Assembly: GCA_963761305.1 (NCBI GenBank)
Contig: CAVXGK010000002.1
Span: 1,504,001 to 1,568,000, forward strand
Direction of reading: 5' to 3'
Source: an uncultured Gemmatimonadaceae bacterium
GTDB taxonomy: Bacteria; Gemmatimonadota; Gemmatimonadetes; Gemmatimonadales; Gemmatimonadaceae
Length of the DNA stretch: 64,000 nucleotides
Below are positions 1-9,580 of this stretch, one piece after another. Numbering within the stretch: position 1 is the first letter of the stretch; each line of letters starts with the position of its first letter. The notes beneath the pieces were generated by a model that was not told where the DNA came from, did not search any database, and saw nothing but the letters and a program-made list of their open reading frames with translations. Both the position numbers and the translations under genes were made by a program.

Positions 1-1197
1 CGGGCGCTCCTCTGCTGCGCGGCGCTGTTGCTTTGCACGGCGCCGGCAATGGCGTCGGCCCAGGTGCCGGATCGCATACGCGCGCAGCGCGACACGCTCG
101 ACCGGATTCGCCGCGAGCGCGAGGCGCTCGAGCGACAGGCGTCTGATCTCCAGAACAGCGTCCACGATCTCGACGCCGAGGTGACGAACCTCAACGAGCG
201 AGCCGACGCCACCGAGCGGCTGGTGCGCGCGCTGGACGATCAACTCGCGACGATCAGCGGCGAGGCCGACAAGGCGACGCGAAACGTCGCCACCGCCGGC
301 CAAGAGCTCGACGCGAAGCAGCACGCGCTGCGCGCGCGCCTGGTGGACATCTACAAGCGCGGCCCGTTGTTCACGACGCAAGTGATGCTGTCGGCGCGAT
401 CGTTCGGCGAGTTGGTCGCGCGGTACAAATACCTCCATACGATCGCCGTCCACGACCGCGCGCTCGTCAGCCGCGTCGAGGAGTTGCGCGACCGCGTGAC
501 GCGGGAGCAGGGCCGGTTGGTCGGCCTGCGCAGCCAGCTGGAGCTCAACCGCGGCGACAAGGCCCGCGAAGAGGAGCAGCTTCGCGCGCTCGAGCAAGAG
601 CGCGGCGCGACGCTGGCGCGCACCAAGGTGCAAGCCCGCGACACCGAAGACCGGCTACTCCGCATGAAGGCGACCGAGGCGCAATTCGCCAACATCATCG
701 CCAACCTCGACGCCGACCGCCGTCGCGCCGATGCGACGCGACCCAACGCCGTGGTCAATACGAGCACGATTCACTCGGCCGACTACGGCCACCTCGACTG
801 GCCCGTCAGCGGCCCGCTCGTCTACACCTTCGGCAAGGCGCAGACAGCGAGCAACACGACGATTCGCTGGAACGGCGTCGGCATCCGCGCGCCGGTGGGC
901 ACCAGCGTTGCCGCGGTGGCGCCCGGGCGCGTGGTGAACGTCGGCCAGCTCGGGACGTACGGCCTCACGGTGATCATCGACCACGGCGGCGGCGATTACT
1001 CGATCTACGGCTCTCTCGACCGCGCCGACGTCCGCGCGCAGCAAATCGTGGCCAAGGGACAGGTCATTGGCGAAGTCGGCGTGTCGGATCCAGAGCTCCC
1101 ACCACATCTCCATTTCGAGATTCGGCATGGCGGAGCGGACGGGCGGCCGTCGTCGGTGGATCCCGCGACCTGGCTGAGAGCGAACAGCGACAAGTGA
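1..1197 (+). CDS. envC: EnvC-like murein hydrolase activator (coiled coil + M23/LytM domain); the start may lie upstream of the window
   Basis: Signal-peptide tail, long coiled coil and C-terminal LytM-like domain (WPVSG...WNGVGIRA...YGLTVIIDHG...PHLHFEIR). The first Zn motif HxxxD is replaced by WNGVG, as in EnvC-type proteins. Confidence 0.75.
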   Translation, partial: RALLCCAALLLCTAPAMASAQVPDRIRAQRDTLDRIRREREALERQASDLQNSVHDLDAEVTNLNERADATERLVRALDDQLATISGEADKATRNVATAGQELDAKQHALRARLVDIYKRGPLFTTQVMLSARSFGELVARYKYLHTIAVHDRALVSRVEELRDRVTREQGRLVGLRSQLELNRGDKAREEEQLRALEQERGATLARTKVQARDTEDRLLRMKATEAQFANIIANLDADRRRADATRPNAVVNTSTIHSADYGHLDWPVSGPLVYTFGKAQTASNTTIRWNGVGIRAPVGTSVAAVAPGRVVNVGQLGTYGLTVIIDHGGGDYSIYGSLDRADVRAQQIVAKGQVIGEVGVSDPELPPHLHFEIRHGGADGRPSSVDPATWLRANSDK

Positions 1198-1243
1198 CGA
1201 GCTCGTGCCCCTCGGAGTTCGTCCTCTTCGCCCTTCGGAGTCC

Positions 1244-1447
1244 ATGACCAAGCGCTGCTCCACCTGCGGCCGCTTTCGCTCTTACAATGAAGACGATCGT
1301 TATTGCGTCGGCTGCGGGAACGAGTCGCTCGAGGACTCCTGCGCCTGCGGCCGCGCGTACGACTACGCGCTGAACGAGAGCGGCGCGATTCATTGTCCGC
1401 GATGCGGGCGGTCGTTCCACGGCAAGTCGGAAGAGTTCGACGCGTAA
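1244..1447 (+). CDS. Small double zinc-ribbon protein
   Basis: 67 aa with CSTC, CVGC, CAC and CPRC motifs; GGAG RBS before ATG at 1244. Confidence 0.75.
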   Translation: MTKRCSTCGRFRSYNEDDRYCVGCGNESLEDSCACGRAYDYALNESGAIHCPRCGRSFHGKSEEFDA

Positions 1448-1591
1448 GCGTCGGCCCGCGCAGAAAGAAACCCGAAGCGACAGATCGCGGCCCTGTAGGC
1501 GCCGTCGCCGAAAAGTGCAAGGCGTCGCCGGCACCCTTTGCGCAAAGCCGCCGATTGGGTGGCTCATTACACCGTGGATACAACATATCGG

Positions 1592-1617
1592 TGAAACTTC
1601 CCAACCAAATTCGCGTG
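1592..1617 (+). promoter_or_regulatory. Candidate ECF-type promoter
   Basis: TGAAAC-N16-CGTG, 11 nt upstream of ATG 1629; resembles the AAC/CGT ECF consensus. Confidence 0.35.
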
Positions 1618-1628
1618 TAGTCTGTCCA

Positions 1629-4271
1629 ATGGCGTTGACCGAACGGCCGCCGCTTCGGACAACATTCAGCAGACTCGACACTCGGATGATTGGATTGGCA
1701 GTCGGCGCAGCACTGGCCCTTATCGCACCGCTCCAGGCAGGTCCGCAGGAACACAACGGCCGTGCGCAGCTCAGCGGCGTCGCGCACTCGGTGCCCGCGC
1801 CGACTGATTCTGGTGCGGTAGCCGTTCGCGCCACAAAACCGCCCGTCATCGACGGCATCGATGAGGACGCGGTCTGGCGCGACGCGCCGCCGATCACCGC
1901 GTTCCGGCAATGGCAGCCGACCGAAGGCGGCGAAGCCCGCTTCCGCACCGAGGCGAAGGTCGCGTACGACGCCGCGAATCTCTACGTGTTCGTGCGCGCG
2001 TTCGACCCGCATCCCGACAGCATCATCAAGATCCTCGAGCGGCGCGACACGTTCACGCCGTCGGACATGATCTGGCTGTTCATCGACTCGTACCACGACC
2101 ACCGCACCGGCTTCGAGTTCGGCGTGAACGCCGCGGGCGTCAAGATCGACCAGGCGGTCTACGACGACGGGAACGAAGACAGCGCATGGGACGGCGTTTG
2201 GGACGTCGCCACGCGAATCGACTCGCTCGGCTGGACCGCCGAGTTCCGGATCCCGCTGTCGCAGCTCCGGTACAGCCGCGACCGCAGCCACACGTTCGGA
2301 TTCACGATCGACCGCGACATCTATCGGTTCAACGAGCGAGTGAGTTGGCCGCTCTTCCGCCAATCGAAGACCGGATTCGTCTCGCAGTTCGGTTCACTCA
2401 GCGGGTTAGACGACCTCGAGGCGCCGCGTCGTCTCGAGGCGATGCCGTACGTCGTGACCAAAAACGCATCGCACATCAGCGACAACCGTTACACCGATCG
2501 CTCGGACGCCACACTCGGCGGCGACCTCAAATACCGCGTCGCGTCGAACCTCACGCTCGACGCGACGATCAACCCCGACTTCGGCCAGGTCGAGGCGGAC
2601 CCCGCGGTTCTGAATCTGTCGGCGTACGAATCCTTCTTCGACGAACGACGTCCGTTCTTCGTCGCCGGCCGAGGACTGTTCCGGTTCGACGTCGACTGCA
2701 GCGCCGTCAACTGCTACAGCGAAGGCCTCTACTACAGCCGGCGCATCGGGCGCACCCCGGAGCTCGCGCCGACGTACGGCGACACGGTTCCGCAGTCGCC
2801 CACCACCATCCTCGGCGCCGCCAAGCTGACCGGGCGATTCCCGAGCGGACTCACCATCGGCGTGCTCGACGCGACGACGCAGCGTGCCTCGAGCCCGGGT
2901 GACACGACGTACGAGCCGGCGACGAACTACGCCGTGGCGCGCGCGAAGCAGGATTTTCGCGACGGCAACAGCTCGATCGGCGGCATGTTCACGGCGGTGA
3001 ACCGGAGCAACGACCGGTGGTCCTCGCCGTTTCTCGCGTCGAGCGCGTACGCGGCGGCGATGGACTTCCGTCATCGCCTCTTCGCCAATCAGTACGAACT
3101 CTCGGGGTCGTTGGACAAGAGCCGCGTCGACGGAAGCAGCGCCGACATTCTCGCGCTGCAGACGAACGCGGTCCACTACTACCAGCGTCCCGACGCCGGT
3201 CTCCCGCTCGACTCGACCGCCACGTCGCTCGGCGGCGACGCCGAGGAACTCAAGTTCGGCAAGATCGCCGGGCAGAACCTGATGTACGAGACGTCGTACA
3301 TGCGCCGGTCGGCGGGCTTCGAGGTGAACGATCTCGGCTATCTCCGCCGCGCCGATCAGCAGTCGTGGAACAACTGGATGGGCTTCTTCGACCGCAAGCA
3401 GCGCGCGTTCACGAATCGCATCCAGTGGAACAACAACTGGTGGCAGTACTGGACGACGGCCGGGCTCCCGCTCGAAGCGGCGTACAACACGAACCTGCAG
3501 ATCACGCTGCGCAATAACATGGGCGTGCACGGCGGCGGTACGATCGGCCAGTTGGGAACGACGTACGACGACCGCGGCGCCCGCGGCGGCCCGGCGGTTC
3601 GACAGGATCCGTATCTCGCTCCGTGGATCTACCTCAACGGCGACGACAAGCATTCGGTCGTACCGTCGTTCAGCGCCAACTGGTTCAGCGGATCGGGTGG
3701 TCGCAATCGCTCGTGGAACGCCGGTCCCGAGATCGACTACAAGGTCCTCGGCCGGTTCAGTTCCGCGTTCTCGCTCAACTACTCGCGCAACGTGGCCGAC
3801 AACCAGTGGTACAGCAACTACACCGACTCGGTGCACGTGACGCACTACACGTTCGCGCATCTCAACCAGACGACGACGTCGGCGACGGTGCGATTGAACT
3901 ACACGTTCACGCCGAACGTGTCACTCCAGGCGTACACGCAACCGTTCGTGTCGAAGGGCACGTACTCGGACATCCGCCAACTCTCCGCCACGCCGCGCGC
4001 GTCATCGTACGACGATCGCTACGCCGCGTACGGCGACACGTCGGTCACGAACAATCCGGGCGGCTTCAACTTCAAGGAATTCCAATCGAACGTGGTCTTC
4101 CGCTGGGAGTACAAGCCGGGGTCGACGCTGTTTCTGGTGTGGAACGAAGGCCGCCAGGGGTACATTCCCGCGCAGGGCGCGACCGATTTCTCCGGCGACG
4201 TGCGCGACCTGATGCGCCTGCACCCCGCGAACACGTTCCTGGTGAAGGTGTCGTACTGGCTGAATCGTTGA
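1629..4271 (+). CDS. CBM9-like + DUF5916 outer-membrane protein
   Basis: Signal peptide, PPVIDG..DEDAVW and YDAANLYV (CBM9-like), LDATINPDFGQVEAD..LNLSAYESFFDERRPFF (DUF5916), C-terminal FLVKVSYW beta-strand. Start uncertain (1629 or 1686). Confidence 0.85.
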   Translation: MALTERPPLRTTFSRLDTRMIGLAVGAALALIAPLQAGPQEHNGRAQLSGVAHSVPAPTDSGAVAVRATKPPVIDGIDEDAVWRDAPPITAFRQWQPTEGGEARFRTEAKVAYDAANLYVFVRAFDPHPDSIIKILERRDTFTPSDMIWLFIDSYHDHRTGFEFGVNAAGVKIDQAVYDDGNEDSAWDGVWDVATRIDSLGWTAEFRIPLSQLRYSRDRSHTFGFTIDRDIYRFNERVSWPLFRQSKTGFVSQFGSLSGLDDLEAPRRLEAMPYVVTKNASHISDNRYTDRSDATLGGDLKYRVASNLTLDATINPDFGQVEADPAVLNLSAYESFFDERRPFFVAGRGLFRFDVDCSAVNCYSEGLYYSRRIGRTPELAPTYGDTVPQSPTTILGAAKLTGRFPSGLTIGVLDATTQRASSPGDTTYEPATNYAVARAKQDFRDGNSSIGGMFTAVNRSNDRWSSPFLASSAYAAAMDFRHRLFANQYELSGSLDKSRVDGSSADILALQTNAVHYYQRPDAGLPLDSTATSLGGDAEELKFGKIAGQNLMYETSYMRRSAGFEVNDLGYLRRADQQSWNNWMGFFDRKQRAFTNRIQWNNNWWQYWTTAGLPLEAAYNTNLQITLRNNMGVHGGGTIGQLGTTYDDRGARGGPAVRQDPYLAPWIYLNGDDKHSVVPSFSANWFSGSGGRNRSWNAGPEIDYKVLGRFSSAFSLNYSRNVADNQWYSNYTDSVHVTHYTFAHLNQTTTSATVRLNYTFTPNVSLQAYTQPFVSKGTYSDIRQLSATPRASSYDDRYAAYGDTSVTNNPGGFNFKEFQSNVVFRWEYKPGSTLFLVWNEGRQGYIPAQGATDFSGDVRDLMRLHPANTFLVKVSYWLNR

Positions 4272-4366
4272 GTGACCGGGCCCTCTAACGAGTAGATTCG
4301 CAGGCGCGCCGGAGTCCGCCGGCGCCGCGAACTCCGGAGAGCCCGATCGTGATCGACCGGTATGGC

Positions 4367-5101
4367 ATGCGACGTATTGCGCCGCTCGCGGCGCTGGCGT
4401 TCGCGCTCGCAGCGGCCGAGCCCGCAGCGGCGCAGTCGATTCCGGGCGCGGTGCTCGCCAAGCGAGAGCCGCATCATCATTTCGTGTACGAGGACTCGAC
4501 GATTCGCGTGCTGCGCGTCCGCGTCCCACCGCACGACACGACGCTGCTGCACGAACACGACCCAGACTACTTCTGGGTCGCGCTGGGCCCGAGCACGCTG
4601 ATCAACGTCAAACCGGGTTCGCCCGACGCGGCGGTGACGTCGGCCGATCTCGCGGTTCATTACAGTTTTGGCAAGTTCGCGCACATCGCGCGCAACCCGG
4701 GCGACGCGCCGTTCGACAACATCACCGTGGAGCTGCTCCAATCCCAGACGAACGTGCGCAACCTCTGCGAGCCCGCCGTGGCGAACAAGCCGCTCGACTG
4801 TCCGCCGGCGTCGACGTCGAGCCTCTTCTACACCGGCGTCACCGACCACGCCGCTCTGGCATCGGACCAGCTGCGGGTGAGCCTCCTCACCATCGCTCCC
4901 GGCGGTACACTTCATCCGACTGGGCGCGCGCGCGCCACGTGGGTGATCGCGCTCGACACGGCCGATACTCGGCGCGGGTTGAAGGTCGAAGGGGCGCCGA
5001 AGTGGGTGGGCGGAACGTTTCGCGCGGCGCGCGGAGAGACATGGGCGCTCCGGAATGTCGGTAGTCGCGCGATTCGAGTGATCGGGGTTGTGAGCGACTG
5101 A
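4367..5101 (+). CDS. Secreted cupin-like protein
   Basis: Signal peptide, then EPHHH...IRVLRVRVPP..TLLHEH...AHIARNPG..PFDNITVEL cupin-type pattern. Confidence 0.65.
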   Translation: MRRIAPLAALAFALAAAEPAAAQSIPGAVLAKREPHHHFVYEDSTIRVLRVRVPPHDTTLLHEHDPDYFWVALGPSTLINVKPGSPDAAVTSADLAVHYSFGKFAHIARNPGDAPFDNITVELLQSQTNVRNLCEPAVANKPLDCPPASTSSLFYTGVTDHAALASDQLRVSLLTIAPGGTLHPTGRARATWVIALDTADTRRGLKVEGAPKWVGGTFRAARGETWALRNVGSRAIRVIGVVSD

Positions 5102-5126
5102 ACGACTCAACGACTCAACCGCGAGA

Positions 5127-5342
5127 GGGCGCGACGGCCGAAGGGCGCGACGGCCGAAGGGCGCGACGGCCGAAGGGCGCGACGGCCGAAGGGCGCGACG
5201 GCCGAAGGGCGCACCGGCCAAACGGCGCACCGGCCAAACGGCGCACCGGCCAAACGGCGCACCGGCCAAACGGCGCACCGGCCAAACGGCGCACCGGCCA
5301 AACGGCGCACCGGTCAAACGGCGCGACGGTCAAACGGCGCGA
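5127..5342 (+). repeat. 16-bp tandem array, left arm of element A (~13.5 units)
   Basis: 5x GGGCGCGACGGCCGAA, then GGGCGCACCGGCCAAA, 5x CGGCGCACCGGCCAAA and two variants. Confidence 0.97.
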
Positions 5343-5425
5343 GATGCGAATTACGAGGATCGAAACGGCGAATCGTGCGATCGGACAACCGCTCTCGCCG
5401 TTCGATCGTTACGCCGTTCGAGCTG

Positions 5426-5525
5426 GCGCTCTTCGGCCGTTGCGCTCTTCGGCCGTTGCGCTCTTCGGCCGTTGCGCTCTTCGGCCGTTGCGCTCTTCGG
5501 CCGTTGCGCTCTTCGGCCGTTGCGC
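5426..5525 (-). repeat. 16-bp tandem array, right (inverted) arm of element A (6+ units)
   Basis: 6x GCGCTCTTCGGCCGTT; its reverse complement AACGGCCGAAGAGCGC matches the left-arm unit. Confidence 0.97.
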
Positions 5526-5528
5526 CTG

Positions 5529-7115
5529 TCAGCCGCTCGCGCTGTTCGGCAAAACGAAGCGATGCGAGCGATGTTCGTACGAATGCGCCAACGCTAGGAC
5601 CCTCGCGTCAGTGCCCGGCAGTCCGACGAATGAGAGATTGCCCGCCGGCATCCCGTCAGCCCCAAGGCCACTCGGCACCGAGACCTCGGGCAGGCCGAGC
5701 CAGTTGCCGTAGCCGAGCGTGGTGCGAATATCCGGCCATGGATCGACAGCGCGTGGAGCTGGGAATGGCATCGTCGGGTAGATCATCGCGTCGAGACGCT
5801 GCGCGCGAAACGTCGCCGTGAGTTGGGCGATCGCGGCTTCGCGTGAGCGCGCGAACGAGACGCCCGCGGGGTCGCGTTCGTATGGCTGGTCGATCAACTG
5901 CGCCATGTCCGACCAATCCTTCGGCAGCACGTCGTAGAATGCGCGGTATGGCGCCAGCCCGCGCTCGACGTCGGCGCGCGCATCGCCGCCGTGCGTTTGG
6001 AAATATCGAAAGAGCGCGTTCGCAGTCGCTGCCCGTGAGTTCGCGTTCGGCGGCACGTCGCCGCGATCCTTGGCCGATTGGATGAAGACATCACGCACCG
6101 TCGCGCGCGTGACGGTTGGTGCGCACGGCATCACGATGGCACCGGCGGCTTCGATATCAGCGACCGCGCGGTCGAACACCGACAGCGAGTCGGCGCTCAT
6201 CTGCGCGCGGGGCACATGCGCGTCGACCAGGCCGAGTCGTGCGCCGGGGAGCGCGTCGTCGCGGAGCGCGGCGAGCAGGCCGCGCGTCCACGGTGTCGAG
6301 AGCGCGAGGCCGTCCGACGCGTCGGGGCCGGCGATCGCGTCGAGCAGCAGCGCGGCGTCAGCGACGTGACGCGCGAGCGGACCGTGCGTGTCGAGATACG
6401 GCCATGTCGGAATCACGCCGGTGCGCGGCACGAGTCCGAACGTCGGCTTCATGCCGACGATGCCGCAGAACTGCGCGGGGATGCGATTCGATCCGCCGTC
6501 GTCGGTGCCGAGCGCGGCGAAGGCCATGCCGCATGCGACCGAGACCGCGGATCCTGCGCTCGACCCGCCGGGGGTCTTCGCTCCCGACGGATCGTACGGA
6601 TTGCGCACCTGGCCGGTGAGCGAGCTCGTACCGTTGCCGTGATACGCGAAGTCGTCCGCGGCGGTCTTGCCGAGTACGACGGCGCCCGCGGTGCGCATGC
6701 GCGCGACTTCGATCGAATCGCGCGCGACCGCGGCCGGAAACAGTCTCGCCCACTCCGCGTTCGAGGCTGTGGTCGGCAGACCGTTCATGTCGTAAATGGC
6801 CTTCGCGAAGACAGGAACACCGTCGAGCGGCCCGCGCAGCGCTCCGCGTCGTGCGCGCTCGTCGGATGCGCGTGCGTCGTCCATGGCCGTCGGCGACAGT
6901 TCGTCGATCGCGCGCAGCCACCCGTTCAGCGCGTTGCAGCGGTCGAGCGCTTGCTTCGTCACCTCCGCGGCACTCCAGTCGCCGCGCGCACGTCCGGCCT
7001 GATATTCGGCGATCGTCCCCGCGAGTGGGTCGGCGAGACGCGCCGGCCATCGAATGAGCGGGATGGCGAGGAGCGCACTGAGCTCGACGAGGGCTTCGCG
7101 GCGGGTGGGTGACAT
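5529..7115 (-). CDS. Amidase signature family protein
   Basis: GPLDGVPVFAK (catalytic Lys), GGSSAGSA and GTDDGGSNRIPA (Ser-cisSer-Lys triad); N-terminal TRREAL Tat-like motif. Confidence 0.9.
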   Translation of the reverse strand: MSPTRREALVELSALLAIPLIRWPARLADPLAGTIAEYQAGRARGDWSAAEVTKQALDRCNALNGWLRAIDELSPTAMDDARASDERARRGALRGPLDGVPVFAKAIYDMNGLPTTASNAEWARLFPAAVARDSIEVARMRTAGAVVLGKTAADDFAYHGNGTSSLTGQVRNPYDPSGAKTPGGSSAGSAVSVACGMAFAALGTDDGGSNRIPAQFCGIVGMKPTFGLVPRTGVIPTWPYLDTHGPLARHVADAALLLDAIAGPDASDGLALSTPWTRGLLAALRDDALPGARLGLVDAHVPRAQMSADSLSVFDRAVADIEAAGAIVMPCAPTVTRATVRDVFIQSAKDRGDVPPNANSRAATANALFRYFQTHGGDARADVERGLAPYRAFYDVLPKDWSDMAQLIDQPYERDPAGVSFARSREAAIAQLTATFRAQRLDAMIYPTMPFPAPRAVDPWPDIRTTLGYGNWLGLPEVSVPSGLGADGMPAGNLSFVGLPGTDARVLALAHSYEHRSHRFVLPNSASG

Positions 7116-7227
7116 CGGGCGGAAAGATTCCCTCGGCGCGCGCTCGTCGCAATCACCCGCGACGCTGACCGATCGCTGGCGACCGGCGGCGTTCCGCTGC
7201 ACCTTTGCGGGCCCTCTCTCCCCCACG

Positions 7228-8049
7228 ATGATCCGATCCTCACGAACAATCGTCCTCGCCGCCGGTGCCCTCGCGCTCGTGTTGCCTGCCCGAGCGCAGA
7301 CGCCGCCCACGGTGACGCTGACGCGTCTTCAGTGCGGCTCGAACGCCGCGCCGACGGACGTCGGTCTGCGATTCTCCGACACGTATTCATACACCGGGCT
7401 CAAGGTGCAGCTCACCTTCAGCTGCTACCTGATCAAGCACGGCGACGACTACATGATCTGGGATACCGGCAACCCCGTCGGCTCGGCGGCGACGGCGCCG
7501 AAGACGAGCCTCACCGAACTCCTCGCGCAGCTCAAGGTCACGCCGGCGCAGGTGAAGTACGTCGGCATCAGCCACTATCATGGCGATCACACGGGCCAGG
7601 CGAGACAGTTTCCGCAGGCGACGCTGCTGATCGGCAAAGGCGACTGGGACGTCATCACCGATCCAAAGCCGGTGACGCCGATGGACCCCGCCGTCTTCGC
7701 GCCATGGACGAGCGGCGAAGGGAAGGTCGAACCAGTCGTCGGCGATAAGGACGTTTTCGGCGATGGGAGTGTGGTGATGCTCTACACGCCGGGGCACACG
7801 CCCGGGCATCACAGTCTGCTCGTGAAGCTCAAGGAGACGGGCAACGTGATCATCTCGGGGGACCTCGCGCACTTCCACGAGAACTACGAGACCAACGGCG
7901 TGCCGACGTTCAACAGCGATCGCTCGCAATCGCTCGCCTCGCTCGATCGCATCAAGAAGCTGGCGACGAGCCTCAAGGCGACGGTGATCATTCAGCACGA
8001 CCAACGAGACGTGGACAAGCTGCCGGCGTTCCCGACATCGGCCAAATGA
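7228..8049 (+). CDS. N-acyl homoserine lactonase family metallo-beta-lactamase-fold hydrolase (secreted)
   Basis: SHYHGDHTG (HxHxDH), DVFGDGSV, TPGHTPGH, SGDLAH, QHD; signal peptide. Confidence 0.85.
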   Translation: MIRSSRTIVLAAGALALVLPARAQTPPTVTLTRLQCGSNAAPTDVGLRFSDTYSYTGLKVQLTFSCYLIKHGDDYMIWDTGNPVGSAATAPKTSLTELLAQLKVTPAQVKYVGISHYHGDHTGQARQFPQATLLIGKGDWDVITDPKPVTPMDPAVFAPWTSGEGKVEPVVGDKDVFGDGSVVMLYTPGHTPGHHSLLVKLKETGNVIISGDLAHFHENYETNGVPTFNSDRSQSLASLDRIKKLATSLKATVIIQHDQRDVDKLPAFPTSAK

Positions 8050-9458
8050 GACTTATGAGAACACACATCGCCGTCGGCGCGCTGCTTTGCGGGGCAGCCC
8101 TTCACGCGCAGGATCGCACCATGCCGCCCGACGCCGAGCGGCAGCTCGCCCGCTCGATCTACAAGGAGATGATCGAGATCAAATCGGGCTACACGTCCGG
8201 CGCGACGACGCCCGTCGCCGAGGCGGTGGCCAAGCGTCTCAAGGCCGCCGGATTCCCCGCCGCGGACATCTTCGTGGGAGGAGCCAGTCCGACGAAGGCG
8301 AACCTGGTCGTGCGATACCACGGCACCGGAAAGCGCCGGCCGATCCTCCTCCTCGCGCACACGGACGTCGTCGAGGCGAAGCGCGAAGACTGGAGCATGG
8401 ATCCGTTCACGCTCACCGAGAAGGACGGCTACTTCTACGGCCGCGGCGTCGGCGACGACAAGGCGCAGGCCGCCGTGTGGATCGCGAACCTCATTCGTTA
8501 CAAGCGCGAGGGATTCAAACCGGATCGGGACATCATCGTCGCGCTCACGGCCGACGAGGAAGGCGGCGGCCCGTTCAACGGTGTCGAGTGGCTGATCAAG
8601 AACAAGCGTGATTTGATCGACGCCGACCTCTGTCTGAACGAGGGCGGCTGGGGCGAAGCGGTCGCTGGGACGCGCATCGCCAACGATCTTCAGGTGAGCG
8701 AGAAGTACGTCATCAACTATCGGCTCGAGGTGCACAACAAGGGCGGACACAGTTCGCTGCCCGTCGCCGACAACGCCATCTACCATCTCGCCGGCGCGCT
8801 CGACCGGCTGTCGAAGTTCGGTTTTCCGCTCAAGACAAACGACGTGACGCGCGAATATTTTCGCGTGATGTCGACCATCGAGAAGGGGCCGATCCACACG
8901 GACCTCGCCGCGGTGGCCAAGGGAGACGCGCCGGCGATGCAGCGCGTCGCGGCCGCGACGACGGCGTGGAACGCGACGCTCAGAACGACCTGTGTCGCGA
9001 CACAGCTCGAGGGCGGGCACGCCAAGAACGCGCTCCCGCAACTCGCCGCGGCGAACGTCAACTGCCGAGTGCTGCCCGACGATTCGATCGCCTCCGTCAC
9101 GGCGACGCTGCGACGACTGATCGGCGACACGGCGGTGTCGCTCACGATCGACGGCACGCCGCACAACGCGCCCGCCTCACCGCTGCGCGCGGATCTCTTG
9201 AGCACGACCAGCGCCGTCACGACGCAACTGTGGCCGGGCGTGCAGACCGTCCCGATGATGGTGATGGGCGCGACCGACGGCGCCTACCTTCGCTCGGCCG
9301 GCATTCCGACATATGGAATTCAAGGCTTCTTCTACGATCGCGACGACATTCGATTCCACGGCCGCGACGAGCGGCTCAAGGTGGAAGCGTTCTATCAGGG
9401 GCAGACATTCTTGTACGAGCTCGTGAAGAGGCTCAGCGGCGGTGGTCCGTCCGTCTAA
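8046..9458 (+). CDS. M20/M25/M40 family metallopeptidase
   Basis: LLAHTDVV, YGRGVGDDK, ADEEGG, NEGG, GGHSS, GATDG, FHGRDER; signal peptide; overlaps the upstream stop (ATGA). Confidence 0.92.
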   Translation: MRLMRTHIAVGALLCGAALHAQDRTMPPDAERQLARSIYKEMIEIKSGYTSGATTPVAEAVAKRLKAAGFPAADIFVGGASPTKANLVVRYHGTGKRRPILLLAHTDVVEAKREDWSMDPFTLTEKDGYFYGRGVGDDKAQAAVWIANLIRYKREGFKPDRDIIVALTADEEGGGPFNGVEWLIKNKRDLIDADLCLNEGGWGEAVAGTRIANDLQVSEKYVINYRLEVHNKGGHSSLPVADNAIYHLAGALDRLSKFGFPLKTNDVTREYFRVMSTIEKGPIHTDLAAVAKGDAPAMQRVAAATTAWNATLRTTCVATQLEGGHAKNALPQLAAANVNCRVLPDDSIASVTATLRRLIGDTAVSLTIDGTPHNAPASPLRADLLSTTSAVTTQLWPGVQTVPMMVMGATDGAYLRSAGIPTYGIQGFFYDRDDIRFHGRDERLKVEAFYQGQTFLYELVKRLSGGGPSV

Positions 9459-9565
9459 CCGGCGAAGGGCGCAACGGCCGAAGGGCGCAACGGCCAAACG
9501 GCGCAACGGCCAAACGGCGCAAACTGGGCAAAACGGCGCAACTGGCAAACGGCGCGAAGGGCGCG
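9459..9565 (+). repeat. 16-bp tandem array, left arm of element B (~6 degenerate units)
   Basis: GGGCGCAACGGCCGAA, GGGCGCAACGGCCAAA, CGGCGCAACGGCCAAA and further degenerate units; same family as 5127-5342. Confidence 0.92.
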
Positions 9566-9580
9566 GGCGAGTTGTGTGGG

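Noticed and set aside
5127..5525. Possible CRISPR array (also 9459-9565 and 10007-10173)
   Set aside because: Units are 16 bp and directly abut with no unique spacers; no cas genes in the window.
4019..5821. ORFs through the repeat arrays (e.g. 4019-5317, 5107-5310, 5344-5712; also 9912-10438)
   Set aside because: The periodic peptides are simple translations of 16-bp repeats lacking stops; no RBS or family motifs.
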